64,000 bases of DNA, taken from assembly GCA_050084985.1 (NCBI GenBank), contig JBITNC010000001.1, forward strand, positions 53,940,001 to 54,004,000, in the 5' to 3' direction. The notes under the pieces were generated by a model. That model saw nothing but the letters and a program-made list of their open reading frames with translations. It ran no database searches and had not been told where the DNA came from. The first letter of the stretch is position 1. Each line of letters opens with the position of its first letter. This stretch comes from Nageia nagi (taxonomy: Eukaryota; Plantae; Pinophyta). A program made the translations under genes and the position numbers. Shown piece after piece: positions 41,601 through 53,872 of the stretch.

Positions 41601-44072
41601 ATTTTACTTAAAATTTTAACTTTAGCAAATAAAATGTTCCCCTTCAACATTTAAAAAGTACTTAGGTAAAACTATCATTGTAATTTTTCATTAGGAAAAA
41701 AAATGAACTTTTAACACTAAGGAAAAAAATTACCACATTTGTACCATAGCAAAAAATTAATCATCCCTTTGCAATTTTACCTTAGAGGAAATCCAATTCA
41801 CTAAGGAAAAATAACACCACACTTAAAAAATTTCTCTTAAAATTTTCTCCCCTCCTATTTTTAAGATTAAAAAAAAATCCCCTTTTTAAAAAATTTAACT
41901 CCTTAAAAACTTATCCTCCACCCATCCCTTTCTTTTAAAAAAAGGATAAGGTGTTATTACTATTATTTTTTAAAAAAAGTAAATTTTCCTCAAAAATGGT
42001 ACATCACCCCATAAAATAATTATTATCATTTAAATAAGGTAAATTTAATGATACACCATTGAGTACAATTAACCCATCCACCAGTCCTACAATAAATTAA
42101 AGAGGAGTGCACTTATCCACTAAATGTAATAAGCAAAACAAAACATGCACTCAAATCTATGTTGCAAGAAAGAGGGGTTAAAACTAATTTACATAGAAAA
42201 AACCATCTTCCCATTTTAAAAAAACTTAAAATTCTATGGGTGCTAGCAGGGGAGTATGGAGGGCAAGGTGACATAGTATCAGGGCATTAAATGGAAATCA
42301 TAAGGTGGAGTTCCACAATGGTGTGCAAGTTTTTAAGCCACAGTTGGGTAGAGTGTTTCAACCATCAAGGATATAGGAGTTGAATATTAGTGGGGAGATG
42401 GGAGGAATGGAAATGGGTGAGGCTAAGACCTTAAGGGGATGCATATGGGTTGGGATGATCATGGTGTAGAGAGGAAACAAAGTTGGAGGCTATACAGTCA
42501 GTTGAGGTGATTTGCAGTAGTCATTGAAGGTGATGGATGGATATAATGTGGAAGGAATAGGGTTAGCACTTATGAGTGGGGTTGAGTGGAGTTACAAGCT
42601 TGATAGTGTCTACATTGGTTGGTCATCAATTTCCACCTTCCCTCTCCATCTCTACTCATGGAAGCGACATCATTTTGGATTATCACTTTGTAGTGGGTTG
42701 AGGAAGTTCCATAGAGGTGGGACAAAAGGGAGATAGGCCACCAAGGAGAGGTTAATAAGTGGGGTGATGTTGAGAGGTATTGAGCCACAAGGGTTATAGG
42801 TTAGGAGCATCAACTTAGAGGGCATCGGATGGGACTGCAATCCAATGGGAAAAAATGGTGGTGTGTTATCGCTTTGTAGGGGGTGGATAGGTCCCCCTCC
42901 TTTATATTTAATTTTCTTTAAAAAAAACTTTATTATAGTTAAAATATATTTTTTAATCTATATATATTTTTTGAATATAATTGTCCCTCCTTTTTTATTA
43001 TTTATTTTGAAATGAAATATTTTCAAACAACTAAAGTCCCCCTCCTCTTTTGAAGAAAAACTTTTACATTGTAAAAAATTTAAATGATTTTGAATTTATT
43101 TAAATGTAAACAAAGTTATTACAAGACTACAAATGTGTAAAAAAAATAGTATTTTTTTGTACACAACCAAATCTAAAAAAATTGCAAATTTAGTCAAACT
43201 AAATGCTCCTAGTAATATATTGTTGTTACATTCTATTTTAGGCAAAATTTTATCCCAAAACAAATTGCAACTACCATAAAAAGTTAGTAGAAAATTGTAA
43301 CAACAATATATTTTAAGCAAATTTTCTCAAGAAAATTGCAACTAACACATAAACAATGTTAATAACTCATGAGGTAAAAAAATAGTCTTGAAAGAAGAAG
43401 GAGAAAATTATACCTTAAAATATTTTACCTCACCAAAGGAGATGGAAGAATGAGTAGGATGAACCTTCAAGGATGTTGAAGATGAACCTCCAAGTATGGC
43501 GCTAAATACCAATTGAAGAAACAAGCCTACAAGAATAAATTCCTAATACTCAATATCATATTAAAGATCTCTAAAATATCATCTAAATTTCATGAACATA
43601 AAGCCAATATCATAAATTTGAAACTAATATAAAGTGATTCCTTTAACTATGGGAGTACATCCACTAATCTAAGATCTTATTCTCAATTAGCATTCTCTTA
43701 CAATTCACTTTCTCACTTCTCCTACAACCTAAAAAAGAGCATAACTTTGCTACAAACTTGAGTGAGTATTCTCAAGGAGAGGGTCTTCTATTTATAGGCA
43801 AAAATCCTCCCTTGGATGATCATATTAACCAATGTACAATATCATTATATGCATCACCGTTTTTACCCAAGGGGCATGCTCATGATATGGAGTGTAGGAC
43901 AAGTTACATTATCATATTCATAAATACTTAAAAGGTATATAGGGATAATTTTAACTATTAGTGAATTTACATTACCATATTAACTAAATACTTAAGGTAT
44001 TTAAGGATACCCTTAAGTATTAAGTGAATTTACATTAAGATACCTTACAGTAATGCATTATATATTCCAACA
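35602..44072 (-). mobile_element. Full-structure degenerate Ty1/Copia element nested in the CACTA
   Basis: Perfect TSD CAAAG (35597-35601 / 44073-44077); LTRs 35602-36159 and 43514-44072; PBS-like sequence at 43497-43511; PPT complement cttcccttt at 36160. Confidence 0.95.
36850..40687 (-). pseudogene. Copia gag-pol remnant (gag, protease, integrase, RT, RNase H)
   Basis: MGDSLKPKHILDGSNY start; WIIDSSCTNHMC protease; LTFIDDFSRMT and LRSDNGGEY integrase; LDVKSDFLNGDL and LLYVVD RT; LAKNPMFH RNase H. Many stops. Confidence 0.92.
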
Positions 44073-44077
44073 CAAAG

Positions 44078-44130
44078 CTCCCTCAAGATAGCTTGTGCGA
44101 TTGAGTAGGTCAACAATTCATGTATAATAA
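44078..44130 (-). pseudogene. PPR S2/E1 fragment, continuous with 35490-35601 across the Copia insertion
   Basis: Rejoined minus strand reads YYT*IVDLLNRTSYLEGALNFTTKIPINIRLGVYMYVLGACKSNVVAHASYLE. Confidence 0.85.
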
Positions 44131-45159
44131 TTAATCTTACGAGTGCAGGATATGCACAAAATGAAATATTGTAGAGATTGTTAAGCAAGTGCAATTGTTA
44201 GGTGTAAAACTAGGTACATGATGAAACACTATACTTTACAAAAGTATCAAAAATTAGTCCAAAAGTGTTAAGTTGGAAAAAAAATGCTTGTAATACTTAG
44301 CAAATGTTCAACCTAGAAATTTAAATTTTATGTTGTTTTACCTTCACAACAAGATATCTTTCTCCCAAGCTAACCTATTTAAAAAATCATGAATTAGATA
44401 ATTCAAGGCTAGCTACATTTAGAAGATCTCAATAGATGTATCATCATTATACTTCAGCATTGTTCATGATGTTATCACACAACCAACCTATATGCTTCAA
44501 ACATATGATATGAAATGATACAAGACCATCAAATGATAAGAATTGTGAACTTTTAAGAAGATGTAGGATGTAAGGTCTGGGAATTATTTGACAAGATGTA
44601 TGATGCAAAATATAGTTTCATTGTCTGCAATATCTATAATGATTTCAAGATACTTGTTACAAAATGACATGTATGCAAAATTACATGTAATGCAAATTTG
44701 CTCTACAAGCATTAAGTAGACACATTTCAATTTAGAAGCACCAAGTAGATAGATCCACGCATCCAGGTAGCATATTTTGAAAGAAAATGAAATGGAACAT
44801 AAAACTTGATAGACATGAATGCAAAATGTGGATGATGCATGATGCAAACACAATCTCATGGATTGTAATGGTTAGAGAAAATTCAATTCATGGCTACAAC
44901 AAGGATGCCCTTAAACTCTGATCTAATGAACCACTTGGGAACCATATATTTTTTATATTTTGGCTAAGTACTACAAGAATGTTTTTGTCAACTTATCACT
45001 TTTGGACTTATTTTTGATACTTAGAAAATTTTTGAGTTGAACAATTTCTTTCCTTCTCCAAGCTAATTGTTTGAGGATATGATGTATATAAATCATTTCA
45101 TATCATATCATATAGTGAAAACCAAAAAAAACTTCATATCACATCATATGGTATATTTT

Positions 45160-45235
45160 AGTAGTGAGTTTCAAAGCTCCCTAAAGATAGCCTACATGAC
45201 CAAGAAGGTCAACAATGCATGTATAATGATTAATC
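45160..45235 (-). pseudogene. PPR S2 motif fragment
   Basis: Minus strand reads RINHYTCIVDLLGHVGYL*GALKLTT. Confidence 0.85.
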
Positions 45236-45699
45236 CTCCAATTGTAAGATATGTAATTCATGGATACAATAAGGATGTAAAATTCATATGATGTATTTAA
45301 TCAATTACACATCACATGTTATTATTTAAATATAATCATAATAAGATTCAAATATGTTCTAAAATTATGCTCAAATAATTTAAATATGCTCTATAGTTTC
45401 ACACATTACTCAAATATTTTAAATATGTTCAACAATATTGCTACATCTAATATTTTAAGATAGGAAAAAAACTTCTTTTTAGGGCCAAGCAATAAAAGAG
45501 CCACATATATTTTCTTGTAATGTTCCATAATTTCCACATGGTCTATACAACTTGACACACACTTTATGAATAAACCTCACATTGAATTTAAAATAATTTG
45601 GACCCAAAGGTACATGATGCACTATATCCTTAGGGTTATCACTAAACTATATGGCATCAGGCACTACTGACTATCTCCATTTAGTAAGTAGGATTTTCT

Positions 45700-47700
45700 A
45701 TTACATTTGTAAGTTGGTATCATTCACAATCTTGCATGAAAAAATAACAACCCATATAAATACACTGCATAACATCTAAGTTCATAGTTTTAAACTTGAG
45801 ATCATAGTGATCATACCATATCTAGTAAGCCTTGGTTAGCACCTACAAAGTTTATGTTTATGCTTTGATCTACTTGGGTATCCTATTTTGCATTGGCCCA
45901 TGCAATTATGTACAAGGAATCATTACAATTTAGGAGTGCAACATATGAGCATTTCAAATATGAAATCATGAACAAACTAACACACCTTTATTCATGAATC
46001 CCAAAGTGTCACATCATGTATCTTTTATTCATAATCTTCCCAAATAGTTACAATCTTTTCCTCCATCTCCTCTTTAAGTGTTTCCTTTATTTTTTCTAAT
46101 TTGTTATGCATGTGGAAAATTTCTACCTTACAACCATTTATAGTAATCATATCAGTTTGTAATACATCTTTGTCAATGCCTCAAACTTGACCCACTCTCT
46201 TGAGTCCTAAAACATGGGTAAGGGAATCATCCATAATATATTGATTTACAGAGCTTGACTTAGTATACGATATTGCATTATTTTGGTAATATCACATGCA
46301 TAGTTAACTTGGAACATATTAGAAAAATGATTGATAAAATAATTTTTGAATTTAATATTTCTAAGGGAATTAATATTTTTGAAGTAACTTATGGTGACAC
46401 AAAAGAGCCATCCTTTTTTTATGAGCTGACAACTACACAGATACCCTAGGTAGTGGAATATTTGCATTTGGCTGGCTTTGCCTTTATAATATATATAGTT
46501 GGAGATACATGAGGATAAATATATGATAAAACAATATGGTATAATAGATGAGTATGATAGAATAGCACTTTCATAGTCCAATTTAGCATATATTTTTTGA
46601 TCGATAGTGTGCATGACATGGTATTGAGATCTATTTTTTTATTCCTTTGCCTAGCCATTTGCAACGAAATAAAGGAAATAATATAGTAATTTATTAGAGA
46701 GAGCAAGGTGAACTATAAAAATCTCATGAACATAAAAATGATATGAAATACCATCACTTAATGGCTATTACTTAACACAAAGTTATTTTTGCTCCTCCTT
46801 TTCACAAAGGCTTCTTAATCTTGTACTAGTAGATAAGGTGGGGGTTTAACAATTATATCTTCATCATTGTCATACTTATCATAATGTAGTTTCACTAGTC
46901 AATATTTATTATCACATAATAATTTGCCAATGGTCATCATCATGCATTTCTTTATATTATTTATAATGTCACACTTTTGCTACATCAAACCATTATCTTA
47001 TTAGATTGCAATATTTACATAAGTATTCAAAAATGGACACTATAAAATATGTTGGCTACTAAGTTACCTTAACCATTGTCCAACACTTATTTTTAACATC
47101 TTTTAAGACTTATTTCCAATCTGTATAGGTGATAGGGACAAGCTCCCTTGCTATTACCTCCCAAAAATATGAAAAGTACTTTGCATTATTTCCAATAGGT
47201 TGTCCAAACATATTGGTCTTGACCTCCATCTTATCTATTTTTCTCTCCCTTAAGTGTCAATCTTGTGGAACCTCTCATTTTACGATGTGATGGTGTTACA
47301 TCAACATGTATATAAGCATTATCATCCTCATTATGCAAAGCATTATCACCATCATTTCCCAAAGCATTATCATCCTCATTTCCCAAATCATTCTCATCCT
47401 CATTGCCCAAATCATTCTCACCCTCATTTCCAAAAGCTTTCTCACCCTCAATGACCAAAGCATTCTCACCCTCATTGCCCACAACATCGTCAAACTAATT
47501 TGCAAAATCATCATCAAATTAATTGCCAAAAGTATTATCACTTACAACATCCCCATTTGATTCAATTATGTTATGACCTGCATCTTTATCAACTTTGTCA
47601 ACCCTATAACTCTATCATTTTTTAATGATTGAAGTCACTAGATTCTTTTTTGAGACATCCCTCAATACCAGTTGTATTTTTCTTTTGAAGTTTTTTTGGG
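45700..47700 (-). pseudogene. CACTA TnpA/ORF2-like (Ptta/En/Spm, Transposase_24-type) remnant with introns
   Basis: RGSTRL...NMFGQPIGNNAKYFSYFWEVIARELVPITYTDWK...CWTMVK followed by a GT donor (about 47067); YAKLDYE (about 46580); DSLTHVLGLKRVGQV*GI (about 46175-46230) matching DxLxxVLGxExxGRVRG. Confidence 0.8.
47316..47485 (-). repeat. 24-bp coding tandem repeat (GNEDENAL-type), about 7 copies
   Basis: ORF 47231-47482 shows an 8-aa acidic repeat in frame with the TnpA N-terminus. Confidence 0.9.
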
Positions 47701-47744
47701 TACCTCTAGTCATGGTAATTTCCAACTACAAGCATATACTAACA

Positions 47745-49135
47745 TTGATAAATAAGTTTTTGCATCGAAGTATTATGAATTCCTTGATAGGCATGTATGC
47801 AAAATATAGAAGAATACATAAGGCATGATGATTGTATAACAAGATGCAAGCAAAGATAGTTTTATGGAATGCAATGATCATAGGATATGTACAAAATTAT
47901 TTTTTTTAAAAGGCTTTATAGAATTTTAAGTAGATGCAATTATCAAATGTAAAGCTAGACTCTGTAACCTTTTACAACATTCTTCCAACATGTGCCACCA
48001 CAAGAGCTCTAGAAGAAGGTATGGACATCTATCAAAGAAAAGTTAAAAATGGTTTTGCATTGAATGTTGTCATTTTTAAAGGCCTAATAGGCATGTATGA
48101 AAAATATGGAAGAATAAACAAGGCCTGAGAATTGATTAACAATATGTAGAGATAGTTTCATGGAATGCAATTATCATAGGATATGCAAAAAAAGAGTTTT
48201 ATGAAAAGGATCTAGAGACTTCTAATTAGATGCAATTGTTAGATGTAAAGCCAAACTCTATAACCTTTGCCATCAATCTTTCATCATATGCCACCATGAT
48301 AGTGCTAGAAAAAGGTATGGACATACATAAAAGAGTAGTTCAAAATGGTTTTACATTGAATGTTGTGGTTATGAAAGCCTTGATAGGCATGTATGCAAAA
48401 TGTGAAAAATACACAAGGTTTGAGAATTATTTAATAAGATGCATGATGCATATATAGCTTCATAGAATTAAATGAATTAAATGTGTCTATGTGTATACTT
48501 GGTGCTTGTAAATTGAAGATATACCAATTCCAAATCACTAATCAAAGATATATTCTTAGTACACATTCTAAATAGATCCAAAACCTTCTTCTTCTATTCA
48601 TATTCATAATTTGAATAAATATCTTGCTAGAAGGTCTTTAATATATCTAGATATGTACTAGAAATTCAAATCCATGTACTATCTCACTTCGTCTCCTCTC
48701 ATCTTGTCTCTACAAAATGCCTATTCTCTCCTTTATCCCCTTTTCTTGATAAAATATGGAAGAATATATAAGTCTCAAGAATTATTTAACAAGATGCATT
48801 ATGCATAAATAGTTTCATGGAATGCAATGATCATAAGGATATGCAAAAAATTGGATTTTTGAAAAGGTCCTATAGACTTTTAAGCAGATGCAATTATCAG
48901 ATGTAAAACCAAAATTTGTAGCCTTTTCGAACATTTTTCTAGCATGCGCCACCACAAGAGCTATAGAAGAAGGTATAGATATCCATCAAAGAGTAGTTGA
49001 AAATGGTTGTGCATTGAATTTTGTGGTTATGATAGACTAGATAGGCATGTATGCAAAATGTGTAAGAATATGTAACGTCTAATAATTGTTTAACAAGCTG
49101 CATGGTGCAGACATAGCTTCATGGAATGCAATGAA
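47745..49135 (+). pseudogene. PLS-class pentatricopeptide repeat gene fragment (about 3 S-P-L triplets), frameshifted
   Basis: NSLIGMYAKYRRIHKA, VSWNAMI, MQLSNVKLDSVTFYNILPTCATTRALEEGMDIYQR, VKPNSITF, VVMKALIGMYAKC. Filler sequence at about 48480-48750. Confidence 0.92.
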
Positions 49136-49254
49136 TTGGGTGTGTGTACTTGGTGCTTGTAAATAGAATGTTGTGGTTTGTGTATGCTATCTTGAGGAAG
49201 CTTTGAACTTAACTAAAAAAATACATATAAATATTAAATTATGTATGTGTATTG

Positions 49255-52200
49255 TTAAAATTTTTATAAATGTTGATGGATTATTTGCCACATTGTTACT
49301 TCCATATTAGGAAGTTATATTCATGTTGATGTATTGTTTGCCACATTACTACTTTCATTTTTGAAAAGTTTATCCTTGCTAGAAAGTTTTAGTGGATGGA
49401 ATGGTTAAAAATGTTCATTATTCTCCATGAATACAAATTTATGGAGTGGTTAAAAAGGTTTTTCCTTCTCCAAAATCATAATTTTTTGTATTCAAACCAT
49501 TTTACTTCTATTATCAAGAAGTTTATCCATTATGAATTAATGCCAGTTTACTCCTATTGTTGAGAAGTATGTTTATGGATTGATGGAAATTGAATCCATA
49601 ATCTACTCTTCCTTCATATGCACCTTGACTAAGTGGCATAATTAAGTTGGCATTTTGTGGCTTGTGCATCTTGACTTGTGGCATAGTCAAGTTGGCATTT
49701 TGTGCCTTATGGCATGCAAATCTTGACTAGGTGGCATAAGTCAAGTTGGCATTTTGTGGCTTGTTCTTCATCCAAGTATAATATTGTTGTTGGAGATCTT
49801 AAACCTCTAATTCAACATATTTATAAATGGATAAGAACATATGCATATTAAGGTGGCATTTGATGCTTGTGGCTATGCATCTTGATTAGTGGTATGATTA
49901 AGTTGATGTTTATCGCTTTGCATATTAACATGTGGCATGGTCAAGTTGGCATGTTATATTTTGTGGTATATGCATATTGAATTATGATCATTTTATTTTG
50001 GTCAAGTTGGCATTGAAAATAATTTAAAATTCTTTGCTTGAATCATAATTAGTGTAGTATGATTGGAAGTGTAGTATTAAATGAAAATTAGTAAAAATAA
50101 AAGAATGATCCTCACATAGCTGATAATATTAGGCCACATCAACTATAGGAACATTCATATTATACATAATAAAATCCTTATATAAGGATTACCAAAAATC
50201 TTACATTTGAAAGTTGCAGCTTAGAAAAATGCAAGACAAAACTATTAGTGCATCTCAAGTCTTATAAAAAGATTAATTTCAAACTAATTCATCTTATGAT
50301 AACTTTGACCTTTTCTTATCTACTTAAGCATAAAGGTAAAATTCATGAAATAGTTTAATAACTTGGTAGAAAATTAAACCAAGAATAAAAATGTTAAGAA
50401 TATAATTTCAGCAATTCATAATCTCATTTACCCCATAGGGTCATGACTATATGCATGTTTAAAAATCTTTCCAAGTCTGTTTTAGGTAAAATTATGAATA
50501 TCATTATCTACACCTTAAGGTGTTCAACCAAGGTAGTTAAAACAAAAATTATTTATGAGGGATGGATAGAAAGAATCTTTATATCTCTCTTCTAAGGAAT
50601 TCTTGTTGTGATAATTTTTAGAAAGAAGAAATAAGTTAAAGATTATAAACTCTCTCCTTCTTCAAAAACAATATTTTTTTTAAAGAGAAGTCAAGTGAAA
50701 AAACCTTGAAGACCCTTCTCCAATAGACTCAAGAATTTGGACCTCATATCAAATGAGTCATCTAAAGACCAAACTTTTTTATAAAATAAAAGGCAATTTT
50801 TTTAGTCATACTATAAAGTAAATTGTGGTACTTGTATAGTTATGTGTACACTATTTCAAGTTACCAAGTATTCTATAAAAGTACAACTAATTATCTATCT
50901 TCTTGCAATACAACTTTTAATATGTCTCTCCTTACCAAAATTGAAGGTCATGTTTAAGCTTCAAACATTAAGGAGGTTTTTAAATATTCTTTTTGGATGG
51001 ATGCTACAAAGATAGAATTTGAGGCTCTTATGAAAAATGAAACTTAGGACTTAGTTTCATATCCAACTATAAGGAATGTAATTGGTAATAATTAGCTTCA
51101 CAAGGTTAAGTACAACTCAAATGGTAAAATTGATAAAATATAAGGCAAGGTTGGTAGCTAAGGAACCTACAGTTGATTATAAGGAAACCTTTACCCTAGT
51201 TGCAAAGATGACTACAATAAGACTTATCATTACCCTTTATGTAGCTAAGGATTGGAAGGTGTTCCACCTTGATGAGAAGAGTGTTTTTATCAAGGTTACT
51301 TAAATGTTGAGATCTGCATAAGTTAGCCTAAGGGATTTATAATGTCTAGAAAAGAATCTCATGTGTGCAAACTAAATAATTCTTTGTATGGATTTCAGCA
51401 AGCACCTAAAGCTTCGTATGAAATGATTTCAGGATACTTTAAGGATAATGGGTTCTCAAAGTACCACATGGATTCATATTTATTTTTGTTAAAATAAGGA
51501 AAAGAATTGGTCTTTATTCTTCTCTATATTAATGATATTTTGATTACAGGGAATAATATGATAATCATCAATGAGTGCATAGCCAAACTTAAGTTAGAAT
51601 ATGAGATGTTTAACCTTGGTCTCTTGCATTACTACCTTGGTATGCAAGTGTATCAAAAATTATGTAGAAGTTTGGAATGGAAGAGTGAAAGCCTTTTGCT
51701 ATCCCATTTTCCCCTAAAACCAAGCTAAAATTGAATATACTTCAACATATAGGAAGTCTTCTATATTTGATCATCTCTAGGCTAGATATTACCTATGTAA
51801 TTAATATGATGATAAGGTTTATGTAGAAACCTTATGATGAGCATCTTCCTACAAATAAGAAAATATTAATATATATTGAGGGAACTATGAATCTCTCCCT
51901 CAAATATAATAAGTTACCTTTTGTTGCTCTTTCAAGTTTTTTATATGTTGACTATCGAGGATACAAAGATAATAGGAAATCCACCTCAACTTATATGTTC
52001 AACATTGGTTTATGTGTTATCTATTGGTATTCCAAGAAGCATCATATTTTCATTACATCCACCATAGAGGCACAATATAGAGCTATGTTAGTTGCATCCT
52101 AGGATGCTATTTGGATTAGAAATATGCTAAAAGAAATTGGGATTGAATAGTCAGCTCTTACTAAGATCTCCTTAGATAATCAATCAACTATTGCTTTAAC

Positions 52201-52930
52201 TAAGAATCCTACTTACCATAAGAGAATAATGTATGTTTAAATCAAAGCATTTTTTTTATCAAGGAAAAGTTTTAGATGGCACTCTATATCTTCAGTATTG
52301 TCCCTCTAACTCTATTGATTTTCTCACTAGACATCTCCTGGAAGCTCAATTTTGTGAGATTAGGGAGTCTATTTGGTTGGTAAAGTTGCTTTCAAAGAGA
52401 GTGGAGTTTTTAATTCATGTTTATGATGTCAACTTCACCCCTAGGAAGATTTTTTAGTTGTATGAGTGTTGACCTTTGTTGGTGTTGATCTTGTTTATGC
52501 ACTTTGTTTCATCTTAGTGTGTACATTTTTTTTATACTTAGTTCTCCATGTGTGATGAACTTGTTTGTACACCTTAAGAATATATTGTGAGTACTATGTA
52601 GTGATCCATGTGTGAGGAACTAGAATGTGCATATTTTATATTATATACTTTAATGATGATCAACACATGTTTATTTATACAATAGGTGACTATAGGTTTG
52701 ATTGACATCTTTGTGATGAATTATAATGCACAATTTGATCAATTTATGTATGGAAGTATTTGATTCATTTATATTATGTTGATATGAATTTATGATGCAT
52801 CTACCTAATCTTTTTATGATCTTCTTGTAGCTTTCAGTTTTCTTCTAAGAGATTGCAAGTTACTTACTTTGGATATGCAAGCTCATGGAAGCTCATGATG
52901 TCAACATATTATTGAATGACTACTACTTTT
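49255..52930 (+). mobile_element. LTR-less Copia internal fragment (hairpin repeats, integrase scraps, RT-RNase H, 3' UTR) inside the CACTA
   Basis: YKARLVAK, LLYINDILITG, DNRKSTSTYMF ORFs at 51082-52457; 3' UTR similar to 29770-30360 and (inverted) 36370-36800. No LTR, PBS or TSD seen. Confidence 0.85.
49622..50015. repeat. Hairpin tandem repeats (cttgac...gtcaagttggcatt), same family as 29100-29352
   Basis: About six copies in two clusters. Confidence 0.85.
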
Positions 52931-52931
52931 A

Positions 52932-53220
52932 CATCACTACCAAAATACACAAATAGTGAATTGGGTATGTGGATGTGTATACTTGATGCTTGTAAATCAA
53001 ATGTTGTGGTTTATGTAGGCTATCTTGAGGGAGATTTAAACTTCATTGATTAAATACCCATAAACCCTAAATTAGGTATGTGGAAGTGTCTACTTGGTGC
53101 TTGTAAATTAAATATTATGGTTCATGCAGGCTATCTTGAGGAAGCTTTGAACTTCACTACCAAAATACCCATAAACCCTAAATTGGTTGTTTGCATATGA
53201 CTACTTGGTGTTTGTAAATA
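52932..53220 (+). repeat. 111-bp in-frame tandem repeat derived from the PPR S2-E1 junction
   Basis: tgtaaa at 52991, 53102 and 53213; reads ...MWKCLLGACKLNIMVHAGYLEEALNFTTKIPINPKLVV...; another copy at 49138-49250. Confidence 0.9.
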
Positions 53221-53244
53221 GAGTATTATAGTTGTGAGTTTCAT

Positions 53245-53600
53245 GATACACAAGACCTAGGATATTTTTAACAAATGCATAACACAAATATAGTTTCATA
53301 GTCTGCAATGATTAAACAATACAACAAAATGGGTTTTCTAAAAATTAAAGGCCCATAGACACATGAAAAATAAGATCACAAACTAAAATACTAAAATGGT
53401 TTTGAAAATATGCATGATACTAATAAAGTTTAAGAGTATGCAATGATTATGTGATACACAAAATGGGTTTTCTAAAAATTAAAGGCCCATAGATATATGA
53501 AATATATGGAATATTAACCCAAGACTTGGGATTTGTTTGACAAAATGCATGAGAAAAACATAATTTCATGGTTGTAATGATGAAGGATTTATGAGTTTTC
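53245..53600 (+). pseudogene. Short scrambled PPR S/P motif fragments
   Basis: WDLFDKMHE, NIVS*SAMI and QNGFS-like pieces repeated; similar pieces at 35055-35115, 44578-44630 and 44805-44875. Confidence 0.7.
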
Positions 53601-53752
53601 TAAAAGAATGCAAAAAAATACAAAGCATAGATATTTAGAAGAATATAAGCTCATGGATGAAGAATATAAGATCACAAACTAAAATACTTATTATCACCTT
53701 ATCTTCCCACATCTCGCTTCATCTCACCTCATCCCGTCTCTAGTATCGCCTC

Positions 53753-53872
53753 CTCTCCTCTCATAATCCTAAATGCCCCTCTCTTCCTCCAAACTCCTTA
53801 GCTTGAAATGAAGAGAACATTCCTCTCCTCTCATAATCCCATGAAATGCCCCTCTCTTCCTCCAACTCCCTC
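53753..53872. repeat. Direct duplication of about 45 bp in the CACTA right subterminal region
   Basis: ctctcctctcataatcc...aaatgcccctctcttcctccaa occurs twice. Confidence 0.8.

Noticed and set aside
47254-47560. His/Pro-rich and Ile- or Met-rich ORFs
   Set aside because: Alternative frames or antisense readings of the 24-bp acidic repeat.
47625-49135. Functional PPR gene
   Set aside because: Multiple stops and frameshifts, no targeting peptide, no E2 or DYW domain; only fragments inside a CACTA.
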